From: Klebsormidium nitens
Lineage: Eukaryota > Plantae > Klebsormidiophyceae
Direction of reading: 5' to 3'
Length of the DNA: 45,653 nt
NCBI GenBank assembly: GCA_000708835.1
Contig: DF237613.1
Location: 1 to 45,653, forward strand
In this document: one piece after another, positions 1-10,977 of the stretch
Position numbering within the stretch: the stretch's first letter is position 1
Layout of the letters: each line of letters opens with the position of its first letter
The notes under the pieces: model-generated
Database searches by the model: none
Told to the model about the DNA's origin: nothing
What the model saw: only the letters and a program-made list of their open reading frames with translations
Translations under genes and position numbers: made by a program

Positions 1-3000
1 GGAGGATGAGCAACCGAACGGGTACATCATGAACAAAGCTATAAAGGAGCTCGAGGCGTGGGCGGTCCTGAATTCGTACTGGGTTGACACCGATAACACG
101 TAAGGAAACTTTATTTGATCAGTAATGCGTTTCTGCCTTTGTGCTTTCAATCCTTGATTTGCTATGACTGTTCAGCGGTGTAGGAAAGGTCTTAGGACAG
201 TCCTGTAAGAAAGACATAACGACCAGGATTGATCAAAAACGTGTTTGCCGTAGGGTCTTCTCAAGTATGCTCATTCGAGTCTCTCCGCTTCCTGTCCTTA
301 CTGGCTTTGTTCAGCCCACAATCTGCTGTGATTAGATACATTCAGATCTGTTGTACACCAACGAGATAGGCAGGTGAGGGCCTGTGAACCACATGTCCGG
401 TAAGAAGTTTCAGCAAATTAGATCATGGGTTGAAGTACTGACCCTTTCAAGATCGTCGGATGCAGCGACGACAAGGCGAACCTGCTCCTCGACCTCATCT
501 ACTCCAAGAAGACCCTCCTCCAGCTCCTCTACCAGCAACGGCCCAGCGACGAGTTCAACCTGGACTCGTACGACAAGCAAGTGAAAGCTCACATGCACGA
601 TCCCCCAACAGCTGCGGGGTACAAGCTGGTCCTTAGCTCTCATCTTTTCATGGGTGAAGGGACGGATGCAATCAAGGACCCCGTTCCTGCAGGTAACTTC
701 TATATTGCACAGGTTGGTCCAGTCTTTGCTGACAATTTGCAGGTTGGTTCTTGAGCAAGACGCTCGCTCAATAGCTGGGCTTTGATGTACCTCAGTCCTC
801 AGTGCAAATCTGCAATTGCTTCTCAAGTCAGACCACTGAGCTTGAAGGTTTTGCTTCGTTCCATGCCGTGAATTGAAAGCTTTGCTCGTTGTGAGGGCAT
901 GGCAGCTGTGCAGTATCTGATTGTGAACAGCAGTGTCAGAGCCTCAAAAGGTAGCGTCCTTGCGCAGGGGAACCGCGCCCGGTGCTACTGTGGGATGTTT
1001 CTGATCGGAAGCACACGCGCGACGGCCTCATGGTCGTGTACGTCAAGGGGATGAAGTTTCAGAGATCCACGGCATACGAACACACGCGCAACATGCTCCA
1101 TCTGATGGAGACGATGCCCGAACTGCACCAGGTGAGAAGGTCTTCTGGTCCTCGTGTCTTCGTTGTCCGGAAAACATCCGGCATGCTGAGCATGATCCAA
1201 ATCTTGTCCAGGCACGGGACAACGTATCATTACAGTCCATCGGAAGGTTTCGAGCAGATACTCTTAGATTTCAGCACACTTTGTGCACACCTCGTTGCTT
1301 TCGAGAGTCACGCTCCCAGAATAAAAGTGGCTCTTTCAAGGTTGGGTCGGTACTGTCCGGGTTGGCAGCTTTTATCAATTCGGCTGACTAGAGAGCCTTG
1401 ATTAATTGCATGTCATTGGCTCTCCTTCTTATCATGGTATGCAGGTTCCCGGAACAGGGAAGACGAAGCCCAGATCAAGGTCAACATGGTGGACGGCGGT
1501 GGTGACGAGAACCCCCGCTTTTACGCCAAGAAGATGACGTCCGCTGTGCTGTTCATGCGCGGCGAGTACGAGCTGCTCATTTGTGCGACGCGCGCTGCCG
1601 GGTGGAGTGCGTACAACCCCGTGGAGCGCGGTCAGTGCTACCTAACCCAGGCGTTGGACGGCTGCATCTTCGAGTCGGACTTCTATGGCAAAGCGCGTCT
1701 AAAAACGGACGGTTCGGCAGCGTCGGACGCGGTGAGTTTCAAGTCGGTTGACCGCAACTCCACCCAAAGATGCCGAAGGACTTCTTGGAGCTTATGTTGA
1801 GTTGCGTTGGTGCTTTAATCCTGACAGCATCTTATTGCAACGAACGGATAGCTCTCGGCCTAATTGGAGCATCTTGGGTCGTCTTCAATCGTCTCGAGAG
1901 TTCAAGATGTCCACAGAGTGCCTTGAAACAAGGAGTGTATTCTATCTTATTGGACTATCAAGTCTTTAGCTTTGATTCCCTCGTGCCCAGCGGAAGCACC
2001 AGGTCTCGGGTCGCTCTCCTCCGATGGTAAAGTATACGCATCCCGCCTTTGCAGGACGCCAAGCTCGAGAGACGAAATTTTGAGTACGCGGTGGAAAAGT
2101 GCCGGGACACGTTGGACAGGTCGGCGGCATTCGACAGGTAAAGTTCGTCCTGCTCGAACAGCAAACCAGAGCTTCTCATCATGCAGAATTTACATCTCGT
2201 GGCGAGTTTGTCGCAAAATGAGTCGTACCTGCTCTTTTCAAACGGAGCCTGACCAAAGGCAGAGAAGGCGGTTGTAAGGATGCGAGAATCAGGCCAGTCT
2301 GCTCTTGAGAATTCTGTCGACCGTGCGGTTTTCAACTGGGTCGATGATTGTAGCCGGTCAAAAGTATGTGTTGAATTCACTAACGTCCAACGTTCGGCTC
2401 CGCAGGGAGATCAAGGCCGTCGTTCCCCCCTCTCCCGAGACCAGCTCCCCGTTTGTGTTCATCGACGACGAGGCGTTCGAAAGCTACCGCAAGAGCAGCG
2501 GGGAAGGCGGCTGTGGATGCCAAGCTGAAGATCGTTGCACAAGCGCGCGGTGCCGAAAGTGTTGGGACCAAGGTTTGCCGTGCACCAAGCGCTGTAAGTG
2601 TGAAGGAAAGTGCGGCAATACCCATCCGATGCCACTGCCTGAGGACTTAGCTTGCTATCCCGAGGAGGATCGTGCACACATTTCTCGAAAGGAGATTGTT
2701 CAAGCGCAGCTGACTCCTCGTGATATCGAGTTCTGGTCGCTAAAGCATGGCCGATCGGGGCGCTATTGGTTTCAGTACAAGTTGTGCGACCTTGCTCAGG
2801 CGGGAAGTTGCTGGTATTGCAGTAGGTTTGGCGAGAGGCAATTGCCTGGTTTATCTTTTTACCCAATAATGTCCGTTCCTGATGGTCAGGGCAAGTACAT
2901 CGATCTGAAGGACCGGATTCGCTTGTTAGAGAGTGAGGATCCCATATCGGAGGCATTTCTGTCGGATTTACCGCTTCCTTCAATTCTTCTAGCAACGAAG

Positions 3001-3162
3001 TGGCAGTCGTCACCTGTGCTCACTGAAGATGCACTAGACAGCTTAGTTGAGACAACGAACCTGAAAAGGGCTTCTATTGTAAATTATTATAGGAAGAAAA
3101 ACGAAGCTCCTAGAGAAAACGATGCCGATAGGGACAGACTTGTAGAAGATGGAGTCGAGTGA
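1..3162 (+). CDS. DDE transposase, Zator-like, 5'-partial, spliced; possible 1-nt frameshift near 1472
   Basis: Exons <1-99, 346-373, 452-692, 968-1131, 1445(or 1474)-1731, 2055-2137, 2406-3162; phases are consistent except at 1445. Motifs: CSDDKA, HMHDP..YKLV, RSTAYEH, VDGGGDENPRF, A.GWSAYNPVER (D-x43-E), LERRNFEYA, H.RSGRY.FQYKLC. Then a CXC cluster and a homeodomain-like C-terminus. Confidence 0.75.
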
Positions 3163-3645
3163 CTGCTTGTCCATCATTGAGTAGTTACCGACAGCAGCTA
3201 AAATGTTTCGTTGCGATCACATTTTCACTGAGCACCCTCATCTAGGCTAGCGCATGCATCTATCTGCTTCGATGCTATGTGGCAAGCTGGGAAAATGCAA
3301 ATCTGATGCTGTCTTGAATATGGAGCACTCAAACGCTCAATTGATGATCAGTACGTTGTTGATCGCACATGTGGAGCAAACAGCCTGTGACAATGCCGGC
3401 CAGATCTCCGAGCTTGGATTCAATGCAAGGGCTGCATTCAACAAGCAAGAATCATGCACACCGTCATCATTGCCTTTAAGTTATGCTATGCATGCTGTAT
3501 CATATGCCGTTTACGATTGACGCTGCAGTGCCGCCGCGCCTCGCCGTCGTTTGACGGAACTAACATACGAATCTAGCTACCATTGTATATGTATGTAATA
3601 ATGATAGTCGTGGCGCGCCGCCGCTGCAAAAGTTACATGGCCCAT

Positions 3646-3753
3646 GGGGGGGGGACCCTAGACCGGCGGCGCTAGGACAAGTATGGTGCACTTGACAACT
3701 GGGGGGGGGACTTGAGGCCTGTGATGGCCTCCATGACAAGGGGGGGGGACTTG
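3646..3753. repeat. Subterminal repeats: three G9-AC(TTG) motifs
   Basis: G9 runs at 3646, 3701 and 3740, followed by ACC, ACTTG and ACTTG. Confidence 0.8.
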
Positions 3754-3830
3754 GGACGCGCGCTAGCGCACAGGGTGACTATGGGGTAGGCACTTGGAAG
3801 CTCGGACAAAAACCCCTTCCTAGTTACTAC

Positions 3831-3860
3831 GGGGGGTACCGCTTCAAAATGACCCTTCCC
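3831..3860 (-). repeat. Right terminal inverted repeat of the transposon
   Basis: Reverse complement GGGAAGGGTCATTTTGAAGCGGTACCCCCC matches GGGTATCGTCATTTTGTAACTGGTACCCCCCC at 44736 in the GGG, GTCATTTTG and GGTACCCCCC blocks. Both ends abut TTA on the + strand. Confidence 0.7.
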
Positions 3861-4061
3861 TTACACGCGGGATCATAGGTTCACAGGGTATCCGCGTGGA
3901 CCGTACTGTCAGCTCAGGTCCTTTGAACAGAAATGCGTCAGAATTTCAGGTTTTACCGTACGCTTTGGGGTACGGATTCTAGTACGGATGGAACCGGGTC
4001 AGGATAAATGGCCTACAACACTAAAACTAAAAGAACTCTGCCCGGTTGTCACTGTCAGTGA

Positions 4062-4225
4062 GTAACCCTAATGTCATTGGGAAATGGCGTAACCCTAACA
4101 AAGCGCTGGTCGATTGGCGTGAACCGTCACAGGTTTGCAGCGTAACCCTAATGTCAAAGTAAGTGCCCCGGGTCAATGTCAATGTCAACGTCGATGTCAA
4201 TGTCGATGTCAGTTTCATTGTCAAC
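4062..4225. repeat. GTAACCCTAA x3 plus a degenerate (GTCRAY)9 array
   Basis: GTAACCCTAA at 4062, 4089 and 4142; hexamer array at 4172-4225. Confidence 0.8.
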
Positions 4226-4752
4226 GTTGTAACCACTCCCGTAACCACTGACAGACTGCAATAATTGTCACACTTCAGGTGCTTTCAGGTGGGTTGAGAG
4301 TAATTCACACCAATCAGAGTGGCGGAGACACTAAAAAAAGGAGTCTACTTCGATAGTTTTGCTGCAATGGCCCCTTGGAAAAGCGCAAAAATAAAACAGA
4401 TCAGATTCACAGCACATCGGACTCCAATGCGTCTCCTGCAAAGTTCAAAAGCTACAAAACAATTGTGGGAGAGAATTGTTACGTTTTCAAGTATAGTCCC
4501 TTTTGGGTCGTGGAATGGCTTCAGTGCAACAAGAAGCTGGCGCCTGGCTTGAATGACGGGCCGTTGGACTGGAGCTTAGTGGTTGCTAGATCACGTTCAA
4601 ATCAAGCTTTGCTCCTATCTTTCTGGTTGATATTCACCAATGCAGCTTGCGGAAGAATGCAGCGCCGCCATACAGCCAACCAAACAGATTTTGTAAGAAG
4701 CATTTGAAAAAGTCAGAAAGCATCTGGGCGTCCCCAGGAAACGTCAGGCAAA

Positions 4753-7700
4753 ATGCAGGATGTGAGCGAACGTACTGGAACTGCATTGGAAGAGAGCCAA
4801 GTGCGCGCCTCGGCAGGTCCACCAGAGCTGAATGGGTTTCAAAGATTGACCATAGATGTCTCTGACACTGGGACGTCGATGGCGCCGCTAGAGCTGGTCT
4901 CCCTGGGCGATGGGCTTGACAATGTGGTGAGTTTGATCCTGCTTGGTGCAAGAAAAATGATGCAATCCATGGTTGAGAGAGTGTTCGTTACTCCACTTGC
5001 TTATAAGAGCGGTCCCATTGGAGCTGGACTCCTTGGGCATTGGGCTTGACAATGTGGTGGATCTTGAGTCTGATTGGAGCAAGAAGAATCATCGCCCCCC
5101 AATCTCCATCTTTTGTTACTTGTTCTTGAGAAATGGTTTGCGAGAGTGAGGCCCAGCAAGCGATGTATAACCTGGGCGAGTCCGGCATTGTGACTGGAAT
5201 AAGCCCGTGTCAAGGTATATTAGTCCCACAAGTTGTTCCCCTTGGCCGGCGAAAGTTGCGAATGAACAGATTTCTGGCAATCTATCCAGGCTTCTCAAGC
5301 GCGCGCAATTTTTCATGGTTTGATTGGCTTGTAAGTGTGCTGGGTTAAAAGAGAAGGTATCTTTGAAAACAGGAGGGCAAGGTCTGTCTCCTGAATCATC
5401 CACTTATGAATACTTGATGGAGGTGTCTGGAAGAGGGACGGCGTTTGGACAAAGCCAGCATTGGTGTGACACTTGTTTAAATATTCTTGAAGAAACTTTT
5501 TGTTTGTGTTACATCCTTCTTCATTCCTCTTCTTTCTTCTTACATTTTTATACTCTTCCAATTTAGTGCCGCTCTGAACATGATGGCAGTTCCACTTTGT
5601 TCTATTCAGTCCCATCAGACTGCTCTCTTCATAAGCAACAAAGCGTAACTTGGCACAAAGGCGTTTAGATCACCGCTGTGACCCTCTTTCCCTAAATTTG
5701 TAATCATGACTGCGCTCTCTGGCGCAACAAAATTGCTTGCAAGGGACTGGTGGTCGATGCTGGTTATGCAGTGGAAATGATACAAGCTTTGAAGGCAGGT
5801 GACTTAAATACCACTGTAAATGCTTTTTCCATGTGCCTTTCTTAGCTTACCAATTTGAGTTCTAACTTCACTCCTTCTCAAGTCTTTTCCACGTCAAGAA
5901 GTTCTGCCACATAGTGCGCCTTGAAAGTGAGCGCCCGGATGCCCTCTTCCGAGATCACCTCGCCAAATACCTGGTGGGTCCCGCAGCTTAACCTCACAGT
6001 CTAAAGCCCTCACTCTTTTTCAGGTCTCATCCACGTCAAGCGTCCAGAGCGCGCTCTTCCCAGACCACCTTGTCAAGTATTTGGCGGCAGCTAACCCCAC
6101 AGTTTGAAGGCCTTCACTTCGCTTAGGTTCAGGTCTCATCCACGTCAAGAAGCTTCGCTGCTTACCGCGCCCTCGCGATCAAACGCCCGGACGCCCTCTT
6201 CCAGGACCACCTTGCCAAATATCTGCCGCAACTAGCCATACAGTTTGAAGGCCTTCACTTCACTTCTGTTTAGGTTTCGTCCACGTCGAGAAGTTTTGCC
6301 GCTTACCGCGCCCTCGAAACCGAGCGCCCCGACGCCCTCTTCCAAGATCACCTCGCGGAATACCTGGCCGGTGCTGCCGTGCTCGAAAAGCAGCGGGCGC
6401 AGCTCGCAGAGGGGAAGAACCCGGGGGTGCGCTTTGCCGTGCGCACCAAGTACTTTGACGATGCGCTGATGTCAGCGGTTGCGGAGATCAAGGAGGCAAC
6501 ACCGGATGCGAAGATACAGGTAGGCTGTGTCCCAGTTTTCCTTCAAATATGAGCGAGTCCACCAGTCCGAGACGGGGCCTTCGTGAGTTCTGGTTTCAAT
6601 TTCATGGTGAACCTGTAACCGGCTTGGCAGATGCTTCGCGGCGTTTCTTGATTTCTCAATGTGGCTAGGCTGGTCTGTGTCTCTACATTGAATGAGTTTC
6701 GGGAAGGATCCAATTGAAAGTTGGAGCGACTGCTAGTACGACGCACCTGAGAAGAAAGCGTTCTCCCAGGAAGTTGATATGCCTGAGTACCGCTTGCACC
6801 TTTCCCAGCGTCCATACAGCGAACATAGGTGATGTGTTCCAGGTGAAACATGACTCCCATTTCTGCTCCTTCTGGGCGTAACCCGGTCGTTATGCTATCA
6901 ATAAAATAGAGTAGCACGGATGCAAGCAGCGACGCTGCAAACTTCACCGAGTCGTATAAGTGTTTCTGGAAGTGTAAGCCCAGTGCCCTCCATTAAAAAA
7001 TCACATCATTGAAAGCTCGCGATTCCATGTCCCCTCTTTTGCTGTTGGTCCGTGACGTCATCTGATTTCCAGGTCGTCATCTTCGGCTGCGGAATGGATG
7101 CCCGCACCTGGCGGCTCCCGGAGGCCTCGTCACCGGACGCCCCTTCTCCGGACGCTCCATCTCCCGACGCTTCCTCTTCGGACATAAGCGCAGGCACAAA
7201 CTCGAGTGCGCAGATAGCTGATGCTGCGCCGCTGGTCGAGACTGTCTTCGAGGTGAGAAAACGTAACGTGCTAGCCTTTGAAAATAATCATCCTCAAAGC
7301 CGTTACAAGGTACTGAGCATCCCCGTTGGACGATTTGTGTCCCTTAAGATTCTCCTACGTGACCTGACACGTTGTCCGCTTGTTTCGTTTCAGGGGGATC
7401 GTCCTGACGTCATCAAGTTGAAGCGGCAACTACTGGGAGAGCTCGAGGGGATGGGGAGGCTGCCGCCGCTGCGGTTGGCACGGAGGCGAGTGATGCTACC
7501 GGTAAGTTTGCATATTCTCATACCTTGTGGGTTTTCGAGCTGACTGCAACTTTGACTGCAGCTCTCTGATCTTTGCTTGAGTGTCACCGAAGTGAACAAC
7601 CGCAAGGCTTAGAACCTTTGGGCGTTTATGAGCACGAAGGGCAATGCCAAATGGACGCCGACATTTAGCTGCAAGGATTCCGAAAAGGCCACGGCTTTCA

Positions 7701-9165
7701 AGGGTTGATCGTGCTTCAAAGAATCTCTTTTGCGCGTGTAAGCACGATGCTGGGGCCTTGCGACCCCGTTTTTCTCCCTAACCGCTGGCTTTATCGAAGC
7801 GATTGCAGAAATCCGATCTTTTCGGCTAGACGTCAGCACACTTCTCAGTGGCAATGATTCGTAATTGCAGCATTGAGAAGCTACCGGACAGCTCTTTGCC
7901 AAACAAAGATTCACTGCCGGAGCACCTGCCACTGAAGTTTTGTCCCTCTTGCTTGTCTCCTACTTTGTTGCCAAGGGCGATTTGGGCAGAAATTGTACAT
8001 ATGTGTGCGCTTCAACGACAGGCAGTCGAACGATGACTCCTGCGCCTTGAGAAACAATTTTGCCGCTAAGATAGTCACCAGTACTAGCGGGGGTCGCTTG
8101 TTCCTAACATCGTCAGCTTGACTCGTCTCCCCAGATCAATCTGAATGATGCTACGTGGCAAGATGTGCTCGTCGAAGAGGGCTATCGCGTTAGCGAACCG
8201 ACGGTGTGGCTCTTTGAGGGGCTCGTCATGTACCTGGATCCTCCGGCAGTGATCGACCTGCTAGAGAGCGCCGCCAGGGTAAGCAGACTCTTATCTGCTC
8301 TTGTTTTCGTACGTTCTTATCGGATCAGAACAAATCGTGGAAACAGCGTCGATCTGTAATAGCATCCCGGTCCGCTCTTGCTTAGGTCATCCCTTACGTT
8401 TTTGCTTCTTTTCTTGCTCACTGCTGGTTGTGCTTCGCCTCGGTGTATCGAAATCGCTCCGCCGCGTCTGCTTTCGATCTTCGTTTCAGCCTGCTTCCGC
8501 TCCATCTTTTCGTTTTTCTCACTCCTCCGTCTGCTATTGCGCGTGTCAGGTTAGTACAGACTCTTCTCAGCAAATCAACTTTTCCGTCCCAGAACTCGTC
8601 TTTTCGTGTGTACGGAGGAGAGCGGGCTTCTCTTTTTCCTCGAATATGCTCGAGGTCCCGAAGCGCTGCGATTAGAGGAGAGGTGATCTGGAAATGGTGT
8701 CCCCTGATCGGTTGGTGGATAGTGGCGTGTAAGCTGTTCTTACCCATCCTTGTTGATTCGTTTCTCTCAAAGATACTTCCTGAAGATGGAGCGCGCATTG
8801 TGTGCGTCAATGCCGCCAGTGGGTGACGACTTTACTCGAAGCAAACGGCGACAAGCATAGCGTCCGATCGAGTGACTGGTCGCTTGAGAATGGAAACCAT
8901 TCCTCTACAGCTCTCGGCCCCCGGGAGCGTGATGCTCGTGAGCGGGATCAGCGACCAGGCGGTGACACGTGGCAAGCAGTCCGCGTCCCTCGTGCGCCGC
9001 TCTTGGACGTGGGGATGCCGCGAGCCGGAGGCCTTCTTCAACGCGCACGGCTGGCACGTGCGGAAGGTGGATGACGTCACCAAGGGGATGTTCGGGCGGG
9101 AGCTCCCGACGACGCCCGGGCGAGAGCCGAACCTGACGTGGTATCTAACAGCGGTTAAGGTTTAG
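4753..9165 (+). CDS. SAM-dependent methyltransferase, TIGR00027/ML2640/LCM-like family (~368 aa)
   Basis: Exons 4753-4926, 6274-6519, 7073-7252, 7394-7501, 8135-8278, 8911-9165, all phase 0. Motifs: AAYRALETERPDALFQDHLAEYLAG, FAVRTKYFDD, QVVIFGCGMDAR.WRL, VFE.D.P.VI.LK, PTVWLFEGLVMYL. The start codon is uncertain. Confidence 0.85.
4891..5098 (+). repeat. 130-bp tandem duplication spanning the donor of methyltransferase exon 1
   Basis: GAGCTGG..TGGGCTTGACAATGTG|GTG.. occurs at 4891 and 5021, with similarity continuing into the intron. Confidence 0.85.
5870..6370 (+). repeat. Four tandem copies of intron end plus exon 2 start (three intronic echoes and the true exon)
   Basis: Exon-start homologues begin at 5882, 6024, 6133 and 6274 (GTYTCRTCCACGTCRAG...GCCCTCTTCC..GAYCACCT). 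Confidence 0.92.
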
Positions 9166-10977
9166 GTTAAGGTCAAGGGGTTGCGTGCAGTTGGCCGGAG
9201 TAGTCGGCATGTTGTGGGTTGAGTGGAACGGTTTGTGAACCTTAAGGCCCAGGGAAGGTGGGCAAGTAGTTGGGCAGCAACTTTATGACTGACAGTTTGT
9301 GCGTAAACTTTTATCCGGACGATAAAACTCGGACAGAACATCAAGGGCGGCAATTGGCTATCTTGCCGTTCGCGAGAGTGGCTTGCGGCTAAGAGCAAAA
9401 AGCATCGGCTAGCTGTCGATCAGAGACCTGGCGGGCTGCCAGACGGGCTAACGACGGGTTAATAGCAGATTAAGAAAGGATTGGTCAGGTTCGCGTCAGT
9501 CGCTTGTTCTAAGCGAGATAAGAGCGCTAGAAGCGTTGATCGGATTGCGACGCCGCTCATGAAGCGAAGCAATCGTAGGTGAAGGCTCGTAGACGTTCTT
9601 TTCATACGCATGCACAGCCGTGATGCAGTAGCGATAAGGTGCAAAGTCCGGTTTTGTGTGGTTAGCCTAACGGCCGCAAGGCCCCGAAACCTTCTGTTGT
9701 CAACGTACCAGACCATCCAGATAGACAGAAGCAAGGTGCATAAATCGGTAGACGCCAGGCAAGGTGCGCAGAAGCGCGTTCTACTCTGCAATAGAGAAGC
9801 TTTGACCTGCCGCTTGCAACTCATTGGCTGCAACACAGGTAATGCTGGTTGCACCAGAGAACTTGTAGTGTGCTGTCCCTTCACAAGCAGCTCTTATGTA
9901 GGTGCAGGTTCTGCAACTTCGTAATGAAGCTCGCCTATTCAAAACGTCCGAGTGCATGCTTCTACATCAGCGCTGCCTTTCCGCACTGTTCTCGGATTCG
10001 TGATAACGGATTCGTGATAACAGGCAACAAAGCTTAAGCTGTCACTAGCTGACGGTCGCGCTTCCTGCACTCGTGTGCCCCTTAACTCGACAAGAGATGC
10101 TGAATAGCAACATGCCGAGTCTCGCTTCCAACTTGTATTGGATCTAGGCATTGAAGAGCTGCGCGCCAGCAAAGTCTCCGCGTGCAATCGCATATAGCGG
10201 CCACTGAGGTGCGTGCAGCCGGAAAGGCTGACGAGTTTATTGCATCAGAGTAGAATTTAGAAACCTGGCCCCATTAAACCTCGAGCAGGGCTCGTATGCA
10301 TTGCAGTACAACTTGGCTGCAAAGCTCGATAAAAGGCGGCTAGCCACCGTACGTCAGCTGTACCGCGCTTATTTTCGTCTCCTCCTGGCCAACTTTAAGA
10401 AATTACTGCACTGTCTTACCGTAAAGATCATCCTCAGTACGGTAGTCAAGCTGTCTAACTCCACCAGACAGAATACCTGCGCGGCAAGGTACCAGTGCAT
10501 CGTAATATCAAAAGGGCCGCACACTCAGAGGCCGTGCAGTATCAGACTGAATGTTACAGTAACTGACGAAGCCGAAGCAGGATGGCGCTCTGGCCAATCG
10601 GTGCAACGCCGACGCCCCTAGGTAAGTACCTTCCACGAGGTCGATTCCTGAGTGCTGCAGCTCGCCTCGAGCAAGCTTCGGCTCAGTTCAGTTCCACTTT
10701 CACCAAGTCAGCGAGTACACATTGCTGTTTCTGTCATCAAGAGCGCGCCATGCAGCATGCAGCAAGCGCCTGCTTTTTGCACCTTGCGCATAGCCACGGC
10801 TGAGGTGCACTTGTGGACGGAGCTAGAGTCCTTCAGACCCTGCGACGAGGGGTCTGCAGCAGCCGCCCCAAGTGGAGCATCCATGGATGAGAATAACCTG
10901 GCATCAGAGTAACCAGGCGATGGATCAACGTTCTTCTTTTGAAGTAGCTTCTTGAAAGACGACTCTTCAAACCACAG

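Larger units (their letters stand above)
1..3860 (+). mobile_element. Zator-like (IS630/Tc1/mariner-related DDE) DNA transposon, left end outside window
   Basis: Transposase CDS 1-3162, then ~700 bp of subterminal sequence. The element ends ...GGGGGGTACCGCTTCAAAATGACCCTTCCC at 3860, followed by TTA. A GG terminus with a TWA flank fits Zator as I recall it. A related TIR occurs at 44736. Confidence 0.72.

Noticed and set aside
5100-5830. Stop-riddled minus-strand frame (..KWMIQETDL..GNNLWD*YTLTRAYSSH..) and vague LINE-like words on the plus strand
   Set aside because: No recognisable motif; it lies within methyltransferase intron 1. A tBLASTx against TE libraries would be needed.
6543-6947. 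134-aa minus-strand ORF with a signal-peptide-like start
   Set aside because: Intronic and antisense, lacks an ATG at the listed start, and has no recognisable domain.
9200-10900. Several 60-140 aa ORFs in the intergenic region
   Set aside because: Random-looking composition, no domain motifs, no consistent splice chain.
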